From Narcine bancroftii (lineage: Eukaryota), in the NCBI RefSeq assembly GCF_036971445.1, contig NC_091473.1, positions 205,158,001-205,222,000 on the forward strand: 64,000 nucleotides of DNA, in the 5' to 3' direction. Shown here one piece after another: positions 35,511 through 49,873 of the stretch. Each line of letters begins with the position of its first letter. Positions within the stretch are counted from its first letter, which is position 1. Under the pieces are notes generated by a model that saw only the letters and a list, made by a program, of their open reading frames with translations, was not told the origin of the DNA and searched no databases. A program made the translations under genes and the position numbers.

Positions 35511-37794
35511 TCATATGGCAACTCGATCACACTCCAGCCACTGTCTGAGTGGAGGTTCCCCCTCAACCTTTCCCCTTTCACCATAAAGCGGTGTCCTCTT
35601 GTAGTTATCTCTCCAAATCTAAGTTGAAAGAGCCTACTCAATTTTACAGTGTCTACAACTCTCTTAAATTAGTAAATCTCAATCAAGCATCCCCTTATTC
35701 CTCTACGCTACAAGTCCTAACCTGTGTAATCTTTCCCTGTAATTCAACTCCTGAATAGTCGAAACATCGTAGCAAATCTCTCTGCACTCTTTCAATCTTA
35801 AATATACCCTTCGTATAGTTTGGCGACCAGAAGAGCACACAGAACTCCTAATGTTCTCATATTTTCTTTCTTTTTCAATCTTTTTATTATTATTAAAATT
35901 TATAAACACATACAGTTCAAAGAGATATAAAAAATACATAGTAAGTAATGAATTAATACAGAGATATTGAACAATAATATTACAGAATAAAAATATATCA
36001 TAAAGTGTTTTTTACATCAGTTTAAGGTGTGAACTATCTCTAAAAAAAGATATAATTAATAACAATATATGAAAAAAGAGAACAAAATACCCCAAAAAAG
36101 AAGAAAAAACAAATCTGAATTAAAAAAACTTAAAAAAAAACAAAAAAAACCTACAGATATAGCTAAACCACGCCGATCACTCCGATCTCAACTTACAGCC
36201 CAATTATCATACATAATCATAGAAAGAAAACAGAGCCAGATCAACTCACCACAAATGAAAATATTGAATAAATGGTCGCCAGGTTAACTCAAACTTAGAA
36301 GGGGATTCATAGACAGAGTTTCTAATTTTCTCTAAATTTAAACATAGTATAGTTTGGGTAAACCATTGGAAAACAGTGGGAGGATTAACCTCTTTCCAAT
36401 TCAATAGTATAGATCTTCTAGCCATTAGTGTAAGAAAAGCAATCATACGATCCGCAGGAAGGGATAAATAAGTCAAATCTATCATAGGTGCAAAACATTC
36501 ACTAATCGAGTTTAAAGTTGTTCATAGAGCTCATATGTCTAAAGATAAACTCCATCGCTTTTATTCTCATATCGATCCTATATGTGATAAATGCCAGTTG
36601 GAAATATCTTCCCTTACACATATGTTTTGGTCCTGTCCCTCTTTACAGAATTATTGGAAGGAAATTTTTTCCATTATATCTACTGTTTTGAATATTGATT
36701 TACAACCACATCCCATTACTGCAATTTTTGGATTACCTATGATAGATTTGACTTATTTATCTCATATTTTCTATACTCTTCTCGTAGCTAATTGCTATTT
36801 GTTCCCTATACACACTTTACACCTTCTTCACCAGATCGCAAATGTCCTCGAAAACCAAGGTTCCCTCTGCCTGTTATCTGTGCCTTTAATCGTGACAGGA
36901 ACGGGCAAAATCTGCTCTCTCAAAATGTCATATTTGAAGACCTTCCACTGACTGAACACATATTTGCCATTAAACAGATTATTCCAGTCCACTCTTCCTC
37001 GATCCTTTCTCATTTCCATAAATTGGCCTCTCACCAATTTATAATATTAACTCGAGGGTTAGACCTGTCCATATGCATAAGTAAATTGAAAATAAGGACA
37101 TAAAGTATTGCATCAGCTCTCGTTGGCACCTATATATATTGATTAAGAAATCTTTCCTGAACAGATTTGACAAACGTTAAGCCACCCAGCCCTTTTACCA
37201 CATGGGGGTCCAGTCAATATATGGAAAATTAAAATCACCTACTATCCCAACTTTCTGTTTCTTACATCGGTCTGCTTACTCTTTTCAGATTTGCACCGTC
37301 AATTCTCTTGGACTATTGTACGGTCTATAATACAACCCTTTCAGTGTGGCCGCATCATACCCGTTGGTGAACTACATCCATATGGCCTCTGAGGACGAGT
37401 CCTGTCCTGTCTAATCTCACTCTTCCCCCTTTCACCCTCCCACATCATGTCAGAAAGAGAGAATCCTGGAGCAATGTGCTGCCAGTCCTACTGCCCCTGC
37501 AACCACGTCTCACTAAAGGCAATAAAGCCGTGATTCCACGCCTGAAAACCGCCCGCCTTTGTGGCAATACTCGTTGCATTAAAATAAATAGAACATTTCT
37601 ATCGTGTGCAAACCTTTGATTTCTGTCTATACGCGCAGTCCTCACATGATATTTATCCACGTCCACCTCACTATCAGCTCTCACAATCTGGTTTCCTTCC
37701 CCCTACAAATCAAACTTAACCCTCCGGAACAGCATCAGCAAACCTGCCTGCAAGGATATAGGTCCCCTTCCAGTTCGGATACAAACCCCCTGTC
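35511..37794 (-). mobile_element. Degenerate CR1 LINE copy with nested L1 fragment
   Basis: Paralog. Confidence 0.78.
35868..36759 (-). mobile_element. Twin-primed L1 fragment, segmental copy
   Basis: Same structure; TSD 35855-35867 and 36760-36772. Confidence 0.9.
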
Positions 37795-37997
37795 GGATAT
37801 ATTTGCTGGACAATCCGCAGCTCAGGGGTAGAGGGTCTTTCTCACTATTGCACGGACAGGAAGAAGGATTCCTTGGAGAAAAGGGGTCGGATATTCTTTG
37901 TCATTATCTCCGGAGATTCTGAAGTGGACTTGTCCGTTTGTCTCTGTTCGGTGCGATTCACACGCTTCCTGGGATATTGCGGAGGTACACAGGCTCA
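37795..37997 (+). pseudogene. TCR V relic family G copy 3
   Basis: LEKRGRIFFVIISGDSEVDLSVCLCSVRF remnant. Confidence 0.7.
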
Positions 37998-38411
37998 TTC
38001 TGAGATGGGATGTGGTTATAGAGAAAAGGGGAGAAAGAAGTGGATAGAGCGTGTTGAGGATTGAGAAAGGTTAAGCAGGTGAAAGAGTGAGACAGAGTGA
38101 GGTAGAACCGTAGAAAGAATGAAGGGGTGAGACGGAGGAGTGAGGGAAAGCGAGGGAGGAGATACAAAGAGGGAAGGAGAAAGACGCGGGAAGTGGACAT
38201 AGAGGGAGAAACTGAGCGAAGGACGGGGAACGAGATGGGGATTGTCTTATCAACTCAGTCTGGTCGGATCAATTATGGCCACACGAACCAATCCTGTGTG
38301 AGGTAAACACTCTCATATCTGGCCCAGGCGTCATTTCGCTTAAAACATCGCCCCACCCTGGTACAGCGGTAACAGAGGGAAATCTTCGCTTTAGACCTTA
38401 ATCCGCGTACC

Positions 38412-39046
38412 ATGTCCCTCCTGAGTTGTTTGCTGATTCTGTGGGCCTTTCTGACTGGTGAGACTGTCTGATTGGTCAGCGACGTCTATCCATCGTCTTT
38501 TCTCTTTGTATCTCCAGCTTTAACCTAATGAAAATTGACAATTCCCCAAAATGTTGCTTCCGACTTGGAATCGCGCTCTTATATAATCGAGCATTTGTAA
38601 AATATTCTTCCTCCGATTTGAGTCCGGGCATCATTTTCCTACTGTGCTGTTGGCTGATTGTTTGCGCCGTTCTACCTGGTGAGAGTGATTGGTCAACAAG
38701 TGTCCAGTGGGATCAGCGCGATTAACACCTTCTGTTTTGTTCCAGGGGCGAGTGGGAACGACTCAGTTAGTCAAGACCCCACGGAATTGGTGGTCTATGA
38801 AGGGCAGATCGTATCACTGAGCTGCAGTTACTCGAAGAGCCTGACGGCATATATTTGGTACATTCATCATCCTGGAAAATCTCCCAAATATCTGCTGAAA
38901 ATCTACGCGTCAGGAGAGGCGTTTCCGTCTCCAGATTGTCCGGAGAGGATATCGGGTATATTGGAGAAAAAGAGTCAGAAATCCCACCTTAACATCTCTA
39001 AAAGCCTTGTAGAAGATTCCGCCGTGTATCTCTGCGCAGTGAAGCA
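38412..39046 (+). CDS. TRAV: TCR alpha/delta V gene segment, family E copy 2 (apparently functional)
   Basis: Leader 38412-38457; V exon 38746-39046; RSS 39047-39085. Confidence 0.9.
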
Positions 39047-39694
39047 CACGCTGTTCCTGAGCAGTGGCAGATCCGTACAAAAAACGTAGCACACGAAATT
39101 TAATCGGACGCAGTGGGTCGGGGGCGCCCTCGATCACGGAATGGAAGCGGTAGCGCGACCTTCTTGGAGAGTCTGCAGGAACGTGGAGTGTGTTGAGATC
39201 TGCCCTCCTATGATCGTTTCTCTCTCTCTGCGTGCTCTGTGTCTGAGGTGAGAGGTTGGAAGTCTTGAAGAAATAGACAGCTATTTGCTGGAATATTGTA
39301 CTTAAACGATCGATTGTTGTTTAGATAGATGGGAGGGAGAGGTTATCACAACTCTCTAAAGGTTAAATAAGTGTAAGAGGGAGTGGAGTCGAAACAGAAC
39401 GGGAGAAGCAGCGAGGGGGCCCAGGAAAACAAGCGGAGGTGATGGGAAGGGATGAGCGAGAGTGAAGAAGATAAAGACGTGGGGAGTGTAAATGTAGACA
39501 GCGAAACACGAGCGAAAATGACTGAACATGAGAACAGCCAACATTAATAACTAGATTCCATTGGTCCAGTAACTGCGCCCTATTGAGCCGATGTGCGAGG
39601 AGGGCGCCCTCCTGTGTATCCTAGAGGATGGGCCGCCACTGACGCGACCACCCAGTCTTCGACTAAAATGTTGAAATATTCGCTGTTTATCTTC

Positions 39695-40155
39695 ATGCTG
39701 GTTTCGTCCCCATTCAGTTATTTGTTGATTCTGTGGGCCGTTCAGCTTGGTGAGCCTCTGACAGATTGGACAGCGCGTGTCCCTACCGGCTCAGCGCAAT
39801 TCTTCTCATATCTTGCACTGCGAGCTTCATTCCAGGAACAAAAGGGGAAATGTAGTAACACACGGAAATGTCTGCGGGACGCCAAGCAGAGTCACTGACA
39901 CTACTTACCCCACAAGTCTTACCTTATATCTTTGGGACGTTAAAATCCCCGTGGATCGTCAAATCTTGGATATAACATCCAGTTCGATGTGGTTCAGACT
40001 CACGATCGTCTGGACAGGATGACGGTTACATTGGAGAAAAGGGTCCGAATATTACATCTCAATATCTCGAAAGCTCTTGAAGCCGACTTGACCGTGTATA
40101 TCTGTGCGGTGCGGCTCACTCTGTTCTTTGGAAATTGCGGTGACGCACAAAACCT
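39695..40155 (+). pseudogene. TCR V pseudogene family F copy 4
   Basis: Paralog; RSS 40117-40155. Confidence 0.82.
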
Positions 40156-40559
40156 GATTCTGAAATCGGATGTGGGTGGAATCAAAACGGGAGGAAGAGG
40201 ACGGGAGATCATGTTAGTGATTGCGAAAGGCCGAGCAGGTGAAAATGTTAGATAGAATGAGCTAGAGGAATAGAATGAAAGAAGCGGAAAGAGGGACCGA
40301 GGGAGGAGATAAAAAGACGGAAGACACTGGGAATGCACAGATAGAGGGAGAAACCGTGAAAGGAGAGCTCGATGAAGACTGTCTTCTCAACGCGGTCTGA
40401 TTGGTTCACGAATGAGATCATCAACCAATCCTATGTGAAGGAAACGCATTCATTTCTGACCCAGGGTGTTTGTCCGCTCATAACATCGACCGATCCGTAT
40501 TTCCCTATGTTCAGCTGTAATACGGGGAAATCTTCGCCTTTGACCTTAATCCGCAGATC

Positions 40560-40772
40560 ATGGCTGTTGTGTGTTTTTTGCCGATTCTTTTGGTCGTTTT
40601 GACTGGTGAGCATGTCCGATATGTTACCATCCCCGGTAGTCCACGTGTTTTTAACTTTAACCTTAGTAAAGTTAGATGAGTTCCCCCCAAGAATCAAACT
40701 CCTTAGCTCTCCGTCCGTTTACTCGTTTACTCGTTCACTGTCTACGTACTGATCTACGTCGCGCGCCCCCTT

Positions 40773-40804
<32 letters not shown>

Positions 40805-41359
40805 CTCGCCATTCTAATGAGAGAGAAACAAGTCCAGTCTCCCAAAGACATTTTTCAGCATCCGACTTGAGTTTGCGACCTTGTGTCGGGCGAGCATTTA
40901 GAAAATTTCTTTCTTCCGAATTGAAGCCGAGCATCATGTTCCTCCTGAAGATTGGGCAGAATCTTAGGGCCGATCTGCCAGCTGAGACAGATTGGTCAAC
41001 AAGTGTCGCGCGGGTGCAGTACGGACCAGCGGTGTTCACTCATTCTGCTTTGTTCCAGGGGCCAGTGCGAATGAATCAGTGACACAAAGACCGCCGGAAA
41101 TGATAGTCGATGAAGGGCAGTTTGTGGAACTGAACTGTAGTTACTCGATGACAACCTACGCTTATTTTTGGTACATTCAACATCCCGGAGTATCTCCAAA
41201 ATATTTGCTGAAAATCCAACTGTCAGGAGACGTGTTTCCTTCTCGCGATTGTCCTGAGAGGATATCGGGTTCCTTAGAGAAAACGAGCCAGAGATTCCAC
41301 CTTAATATCTCACAAATCCGCGTGGATGATTCCGCCGTGCATCTCTGCGCCGTGGAGCT
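40560..41359 (+). CDS. TRAV: TCR alpha/delta V gene segment, family A copy 4 (open; YLC changed to HLC)
   Basis: Leader 40560-40605; open V exon 41059-41359; RSS 41360-41397; the conserved Tyr two residues before the second Cys is His. Confidence 0.85.
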
Positions 41360-42714
41360 CACGCTGTTCCAGAGCGGCGGGGATCTGCACAAAAACTCAC
41401 CTCGAGAATTGTCATCACGCGCGGTGGCTTGGGGGCTCTCTCGGTCCCCAGAAGCCAGTTCTGTCAGTCAGATTAATAGAAGGGTGAAGTCAACGCCGAG
41501 GTGCTGGAGATTTTCCCTCATCTTGCGTTTCTTTTTCTCTGCATCCGTTTCGTTTCTTTGAGGTTGAAGGTAGGATGACAGCGAGGGAGAAAAAGTGAAC
41601 AGCTGTTTCCCAGAATATAGTGGGAAAAGGGAAGTTATGTTTTTGTGATGGAAATTGAGAAGTTGATAAAGGCGGCGCGGGTAGGGCAAGAGCGTGGCCC
41701 CACATTCATGAGTGCATATGGCATAGAGTAGGGAACAAAACAGGCATTGATGCGTGTTTCTGATCATCGGAGAGGAGGTGATGTTGCCGATGAGCACTGT
41801 TGGGGGCTTCCAATGAGGATGTCACAGATCCAGTAACAGATGGCTGGACAAAGTACCGGATCCCTTAGATTGGTCATCCGCTTTGCAACTGTGTGGGCGT
41901 TGAACGCCGGGCATTAGTCCTTGAACAGCAAACCCACCATGGTATTTCAGCGGTATAGGTGATTTAATAAAGAGTGGACCGTCAACAGGAGGGGTGGGGG
42001 TGGGGGGCGGTCGTCACTTGTGGCGACGGGCGATGGGCGAATTGAAGTGTGTGCAGTTCCTTCAAGTGATAGGTGTTAATGCGCTCGATAACCAAACGGC
42101 GAAAACATTTCCTCCAAGTCCGTTAACTTGCTCCTGATGGGCAACAGGAGAGAGCAACGTGGAAGCAAAATCTCATAGAAATGCTGGAGCAACACAGCCG
42201 GTGCTGCAGAACCCAAAAGGAGGGAAAGATACCTCACCGATATTTCTGGTCTGAGCCCTTTTTCAATGAATAAGAAAATCTACTGAATGTGTTAAAATTA
42301 AGACTGCAGACTGACCGGGTTTGTTGGGGGGAGGGTGGGGTGGGGGGTGGGGGAGTGGGGCAGTTCAAAGCGACAGTTGATAATTGGCTATGGAAGGAAA
42401 AGAGATGAGAATTGATTTTGTTTCTGTCAACGGGGACAGAGGGAAACTCACATNNNNNNNNNNNNNNNNNNNNNNNNNNNNNNNNNNNNNNNNNNNNNNN
42501 NNNNNNNNNNNNNNNNNNNNNNNNNNNNNNNNNNNNNNNNNNNNNNNNNNNNNNNNNNNNNNNNNNNNNNNNNNNNNNNNNNNNNNNNNNNNNNNNNNNN
42601 NNNNNNNNNNNNNNNNNNNNNNNNNNNNNNNNNNNNNNNNNNNNNNNNNNNNNNNNNNNGGGAGAGAGAGGACCGCGAGGAAATGCAAAAGTGGGAAGAA
42701 TTAATTGTTTATCC

Positions 42715-43072
42715 TGACTTCCCCCCCTTTCAGTTGTTTTCTGATTTTGTGGACCGATCCTCTTGGCGAACCTCTGACTGATTTGGTAGCTTGCGTCCCT
42801 CCCGGTTCAGCGCAATTTCTCGCATATTACATTCATTGCGTGTTTCGTTCAGACACAAATTGAAATATCGTGGCCCATATATTAAATGCTTAAAAATTAT
42901 AACCGAGACGACGTGGTTCTGCCTCACGTTTGACTGGACAGGATGACGTTGGAGAAAAGGGGCCGGATATTTCACCTCAATAAGTCGAAAACCTTTGTAG
43001 CGGACTTGATGGTTTATCCCAGGGCGGTGTGGCTCACGCTGTTCTTTGGAAATAGCTGATCGCACAAATCGT
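42715..43072 (+). pseudogene. TCR V relic family B copy 5
   Basis: Paralog of 3030-3386. Confidence 0.7.
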
Positions 43073-43451
43073 ATGTGGTTTGAAATGAAACGCGAGAAAG
43101 AGGATGCTAGAGCAGGTTAGGGATTGCTTAATGTTGAACAGGTGAAAATGTGAGACAGAGTGAGCGTCAAGAATAGAACGAAAGAAGGAGAAAGAGGGCG
43201 AGGGAGGACATTAAAGAAAGGGTAGATGCGGGGAGTGAACAGGTAGAGGGTTCGTGAAGCGATTGGAACGCGATGCAAACTGTCTTCACTAACACGTTCT
43301 TATTGGTTGGATAATGACCACACCAACCAGTCCTGTATGATGGAAACACTCTCATATCTGTCCCAAGTGTTAGACCGCTCATAACATCGCCCCACCAATT
43401 GTACTGCGGTAACATAAGGAAACCTTCGTTGATGATCTTAATCCACATACC

Positions 43452-44255
43452 ATGTTCTTCGTGAATGGTTTGGTGATTCTTTGGGCCGTTCTGACTAGTG
43501 AGCCTGTCTGACTGGTCAGCGACTTCTGCCCATTGTCCTCTCTCTACAAATCTCTAGCTTTAACCTAATTAAAGACGGAGAATTTCCCCATCTTCCTTTG
43601 CTCTTCCTTGCACCTTCTTCCTCCGCTTACTCATTTACACACTCTCTGTGTTTACTGAACTTCCTCGCGGTTTCACTGTCGCACTCGTTCCCCCCCTCTC
43701 TCGCTCTTCGCCATTTTCGTACGAGGGAAACGGGGACACATACAGAGTTTCTGCTGCTCCCGACGTGGGTACGCAACCTGATACCTCCGAATTTAGACCG
43801 GGCATCATGTTCCTACTGATTTGTTGGCTGATTATATGCACCGTTCCGCCTGTTGAGACCAATTGGTCAACTAGTGCCGCGCGGGTTCAGTGCCATCCAG
43901 CGGCGTTCACACATTTTGTTTTGTTCCAGGGGCGAGGGCAAAGGATTCGGTGACCCAAAGCCCGCCGCAAATGTTAGTGGATAAAGGGCAGATCGTATCA
44001 ATGAGATGTAGTTACTTGATTAGCCCCGACACTAATTTTTGGTACATTCAATATCCCGGAGAATCTCCAAAATATTTGGCGAAAATCTACACGTCCCGAA
44101 TCGTGTTTCAGACTCACGATTGTCCTGAGAAAATAACGCGTTATTTGGTGAAAAAGGTAATGAAATCCCACCTCAACATCTCTGAAAGCCTTGTGGAGGA
44201 ATCCGTCGTGTATCTCACGCAGCTGCAGATGGGCTGGCAGATCCACACAAAAAAC
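43452..44255 (+). pseudogene. TCR V family C copy 5 (open frame, lacks second Cys)
   Basis: Leader intact; V exon from 43930 is open but ends VVYLTQ with no Cys; heptamer-like CACGCAG with 24-bp spacer. Confidence 0.85.
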
Positions 44256-45162
44256 CGAACCTCATGGAATTTAATCGGACACTGTGGCTCAGGGGCGCAC
44301 CCGTCAACGGAATGGAAGCGACAGCGCGATCTACCTGAAGGGCCTGCTATAACGCGGAGTTGCAGGAGATTTGCCATTCTCTGAGCGTTTCTCTTTCTCT
44401 GAGTGCTCTTGGTCTGAATTGGAGGTTGGAAGTCAGGGGAGAGTGTGAAACAGATAGGTATTTGTCAGTATATTGTAGGAAAATGAAGCAATGTTCTTTC
44501 GATGGAAGGTGAGAAGATTAAAAAATCTTAGCCACGCGGGTCGGTGGGACTAGCGATCCCTCAAACCTGTTATTGCTAAAATGAACAACTAGCTCCTTGG
44601 TCTTGATGATATTAAAAACATAATTGTCGTTCTAGAACCAGCCAAACTGGTTCTCGATCACTATCCCTCATTCGGACTCATCGTTTCCATTTATTTGGGC
44701 AGCCCTGGTGGCGCCTTCAGCTAATTTGTAGATTGAGTTTGGGGTGAACTTGGCTGAACATCCATGAGTGAACATGGCTAAGGTTGAAGGGAGGGAGAGA
44801 TTGGCACTGCTCTCGAAAGATTAACTAAGTGGAAGGCGGAGTCGCCTCAAGGAAGGAAGTGAAAGAGAACAGGAGAAGCGGCGAGAGGGTGCAGGAAAAC
44901 ATGTGAAGATGAAGGAAAGGGATGAGCAAGAGTGAAGAAGAGAGAGACGTCTGGTGTGTAAATATAGACAAGTAACACGTGGGAAAAAGAGTGAGAATGA
45001 GAACGGCCAAGATTAGTAACCAGATTTCATTGGTTCTATCACTATTGTGACGATGTGCGAGGAATGCGCCCTCCTGTGCCTCCTAGATGATGGGCCGCTA
45101 CTGACGCGATCCCACAGTCACATATCGGGCGAAGACGTTGAAAGATGCTTCTGTTCATATTC

Positions 45163-45621
45163 ATCCTGGATTCCTTCCCATTCAGTGTTTTTCTGATTCT
45201 GTGGGCCGTTCTGCTTGGAGAACCTCTGTCTAATTTGTCAGCGCGTGTCCCTCCCGGCTCAGACTATTTCCTCGTAGATCTGCACTGATTGCTTCTTTCC
45301 GAAACAAATGGGGAAATGCTGTGACACACGGACATGGCCGCGGTAATACAAGAAGTGGCACTGACACTAGTAACCCGAGAGGTGTAACCTTATTTTTTGG
45401 AGACGTTACAATTCCCGTGGACCGTGAGATCTTGGATATAACATACAATTCAATGCGTTTCGGTCTCACGATCGTCCGAACAGGATGACGGTTCCTTTGG
45501 AGAAAAGGGACTGGATATTCCACCTCAATGTTTCGAAAGCTGTTGAAGCGGACTTGGCAGTGTATCTCTGCGCGGTGCCGCTCACACTGTTCTTTGGAAA
45601 TTGCGGAAATGCACAAAAGTT
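45163..45621 (+). pseudogene. TCR V pseudogene family D copy 5
   Basis: Paralog; RSS 45583-45621. Confidence 0.8.
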
Positions 45622-45689
45622 GATTCTGAAATCGGATGTGGGTGGAAACAAAACCGGAGACAGAGGACGCGAGACTCAGAGTGAGGCAG

Positions 45690-47973
45690 TCATATGGCAA
45701 CTCGATCACACTCCCGCCACTCTCTGAGTGGAGGTTCCCCCTCAACCTTTCCCCTTTCACCATAAAGCGGTGTCCTCTTGTAGTTATCTCTCCAAATCTA
45801 AGTTGAAAGAGCCTACTCAATTTTACAGTGTCTACAACTCTCTTAAATTAGTAAATCTCAATCAAGCATCCCCTTATTCCTCTACGCTACAAGTCCTAAC
45901 CTGTGTAATCTTTCCCTGTAATTCAACTCCTGAATACTCGAAACATCGTAGCAAATCTCTCTGCACTCTTTCAATCTTAAATATACCCTTCGTATAGTTT
46001 GGCGACCAGAAGAGCACACAGAACTCCTAATGTTCTCATATTTTCTTTCTTTTTCAATCTTTTTATTATTATTATAATTTATAAACACATACAGTTCAAA
46101 GAGATATAAAAAATACATAGTAAGTAATGAATTAATACAGAGATATTAAACAATAATATTACAGAATAAAAATATATCATAAAGTTTTTTTTACATCAGT
46201 TTAAGGTGTGAAATATCTCTAAAAAAAAGATATAATTAATAACAATGTATGAAAAAAGGGAAAAAAATACCCCAAAAAAGAAGAAAAAACAAATCTGAAT
46301 TAAAAAAACAAAAAAAAAACAAAAAAAACCTACAGATATTGCTAAACCACGCCGATCACTCCGATTTCAACTTACAGCCCAATTATCATACATAATCATA
46401 GAAAGAAAACAGAGCCAGATCAACTCACCACAAATGAAAATATTGAATAAATGGTCGCCAGGTTAACTCAAACTTAGAAGGGGATTCATAGACAGAGTTT
46501 CTAATTTTCTCTAAATTTAAACATAGTATAGTTTGGGTAAACCATTGGAAAACAGTGGGAGGATTAACCTCTTTCCAATTCAATAGTATAGATCTTCTAG
46601 CCATTAGTGTAAGAAAAGCAATCATACGATCCGCAGGAAGAGATAAATAAGTCAAATCTATCATAGGTGCAAAACATTCACTAATAGAGTTTAAAGTTGT
46701 TCATAGAGCTCATATGTCTAAAGATAAGCTCCATCGCTTTTATTCTCATATCGATCCTATATGTGATAAATGTCAATTGGAAATAGCTTCCCTTACACAT
46801 ATGTTTTGGTCCTGTCCCTCTTTACAGAATTATTGGAAGGAAGTTTTTTCCATTATATCTACTGTTTTGAATATTGATTTACAACCACATCCCATTACTG
46901 CAATTTTTGGATTACCTATGATAGATTTGACTTATTTATCTCATATTTTCTATACTTTTCTCGTAGCTAATTGCTATTTGTTCCCTATACACACTTTACA
47001 CCTTCTTCACCAGATCGCAAATGTCCTCGAAAACCAAGGTTCCCTCTGCCTGTTATCTGTGCCTTTAATCGTGACAGGAACGGGCAAAATCTGCTCTCTC
47101 AAAATGTCGCATTTGAAGACCTTCCACTGACTGAACACATATTTGCCATTAAACAGATTATTCCAGTCCACTCTTCCTCGATCCTTTCTCATTTCCATAA
47201 ATTGGCCTCTCACCAATTTATAATATTAACACGACGGTTAGACCTGTCCATATGCATAAGTAAATTGAAAATAAGGACATAAAGTATTGCATCAGCTCTC
47301 GTTGGCACCTATATATATTGATTAAGAAATCTTTCCTGAACAGATTTGACAAACGTTAAGCCACCCAGCCCTTTTACCACATGGGGGTCCAGTCAATATA
47401 TGGAAAATTAAAATCACCTACTATCCCAACTTTCTGTTTCTTACATCGGTCTGCTTACTCTTTTCAGATTTGCACCGTCAATTCTCTTGGACTATTGTAC
47501 GGTCTATAATACAACCCTTTCAGTGTGGCCGCATCATACCCGTTGGTGAACTACATCCATATGGCCTCTGAGGACGAGTCCTCTCCTGTCTAATCTCACT
47601 CTTCCCCCTTTCACCCTCCCACATCATGTCAGAAAGAGAGAATCCTGGAGCAATGTGCTGCCAGTCCTACTGCTCCTGCAACCACGTCTCACTAAAGGCA
47701 ATAAAGTCGTGATTCCACGCCTGAAAACCGCCCGCCTTTGTGGCAATACTCGTTGCCTTAAAATAAATAGAACATTTCTATCGTGTGCAAACCTTTGATT
47801 TCTGTCTATACACGCAGTCCTCACATGATATTTATCCACGTCCACCTCACTATCAGCTCTCACAGTCTGGTTTCCTTCCCCCTACAAATCAAACTTAACC
47901 CTCCGGAACAGCATCAGCAAACCTGCCTGCAAGGATATAGGTCCCCTTCCAGTTCGGATACAAACCCCCTGTC
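45690..47973 (-). mobile_element. Degenerate CR1 LINE copy with nested L1 fragment
   Basis: Paralog. Confidence 0.78.
46047..46938 (-). mobile_element. Twin-primed L1 fragment, segmental copy
   Basis: Same structure; TSD 46034-46046 and 46939-46951. Confidence 0.9.
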
Positions 47974-48176
47974 AGATATATTTGCTGGAAAATCCGCAGC
48001 TCAGGGGTAGATGGTCTGTCTCACTATTGCACGGACAGGAAGAAGGATTCCTTGGAGAAAAGGGGTCGGATATTCTTTGTCATTATCTCCGGAGATTCTG
48101 AAGTGGACTTGTCCGTTTGTCTCTGTTCGGTGCGATTCACACGCTTCCTGGGATATTGCGGAGGTACACAGGCTCA
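47974..48176 (+). pseudogene. TCR V relic family G copy 4
   Basis: Paralog of 37795-37997. Confidence 0.7.
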
Positions 48177-48590
48177 TTCTGAGATGGGATGTGGTTATAG
48201 AGAAAAGGGTAGAAAGAAGTGGATAGAGCGTGTTGAGGATTGAGAAAGGTTAAGCAGGTGAAAGAGTGAGACAGAGTGAGGTAGAACCGTAGAATGAATG
48301 CAGGGGTGAGACGGAGGAGTGAGGGAAAGCGAGGGAGGAGATGCAAAGAGGGCAGGAGAAAGACGCGGGAAGTGGACATAGAGGGAGAAACTGAGCGAAG
48401 GACGGGGAACGAGATGGGGATTGTCTTATCAACTCAGTCTGGTTGGTTCAATTATGGCCACACGAACCAATCCTGTGTGAGGTAAACACTCTCATATCTG
48501 GCCCAGGCGTCATTTCGCTTATAACATCGCCCCACCCTGGTACAGCGGTAACAGAGGGAAATCTTCGCTTTAGACCTTAATCCGCGTACC

Positions 48591-49225
48591 ATGTCCCTCC
48601 TGAGTTGTTTGCTGCTTCTGTGGGCCTTTCTGACTGGTGAGACTGTCTGATTGGTCAGCGACGTCTATCCATCGTCTTTTCTCTTTGTATCTCCAGCTTT
48701 AACCTAATGAAAATTGACAATTCCCCAAAATGTTGCTTCCGACTTGGAATCGCGCTCTTATATAATCGAGCATTTGTAAAATATTCTTCCTCCGATTTGA
48801 GTCCGGGCATCATTTTCCTACTGTGCTGTTGGCTGATTGTTTGCGCCGTTCTACCTGGTGAGAGTGATTGGTCAACAAGTGTCCAGTGGGATCAGCGCGA
48901 TTAACACCTTCTGTTTTGTTCCAGGGGCGAGTGGGAACGACTCAGTTAGTCAAGACCCCACGGAATTGGTGGTCTATGAAGGGCAGATCGTATCACTGAG
49001 CTGCAGTTACTCGAAGAGCCTGACGGCATATATTTGGTACATTCATCATCCTGGAAAATCTCCCAAATATCTGCTGAAAATCTACGCGTCAGGAGAGGCG
49101 TTTCCGTCTCCAGATTGTCCGGAGAGGATATCGGGTATATTGGAGAAAAAGAGTCAGAAATCCCACCTTAACATCTCTAAAAGCCTTGTAGAAGATTCCG
49201 CCGTGTATCTCTGCGCAGTGAAGCA
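48591..49225 (+). CDS. TRAV: TCR alpha/delta V gene segment, family E copy 3 (apparently functional)
   Basis: Leader 48591-48636; V exon 48925-49225; RSS 49226-49264. Confidence 0.9.
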
Positions 49226-49873
49226 CACGCTGTTCCTGAGCAGTGGCAGATCCGTACAAAAAACGTAGCACACGAAATTTAATCGGACGCAGTGGGTCGG
49301 GGGCGCCCTCGATCACGGAATGGAAGCGGTAGCGCGACCTTCTTGGAGAGTCTGCAGGAACGTGGAGTGTGTTGAGATCTGCCCTCCTATGATCGTTTCT
49401 CTCTCTCTGCGTGCTCTGTGTCTGAGGTGAGAGGTTGAAAGTCTTGAAGAAATAGACAGCTATTTGCTGGAATATTGTACTTAAACGATCGATTGTTGTT
49501 TAGATAGATGGGAGGGAGAGGTTATCACAACTCTCTAAAGGTTAAATAAGTGTAAGAGGGAGTGGAGTCGAAACAGAACGGGAGAAGCAGCGAGGGGGCC
49601 CAGGAAAACAAGCGGAGGTGATGGGAAGGGATGAGCGAGAGTGAAGAAGATAAAGACGTGGGGAGTGTAAATGTAGACAGCGAAACACGAGCGAAAATGA
49701 CTGAACATGAGAACAGCCAACATTAATAACTAGATTCCATTGGTCCAGTAACTGCGCCCTATTGAGCCGATGTGCGAGGAGGGCGCCCTCCTGTGTATCC
49801 TAGAGGATGGGCCGCCACTGACGCGACCACCCAGTCTTCGACTAAAATGTTGAAATATTCGCTGTTTATCTTC

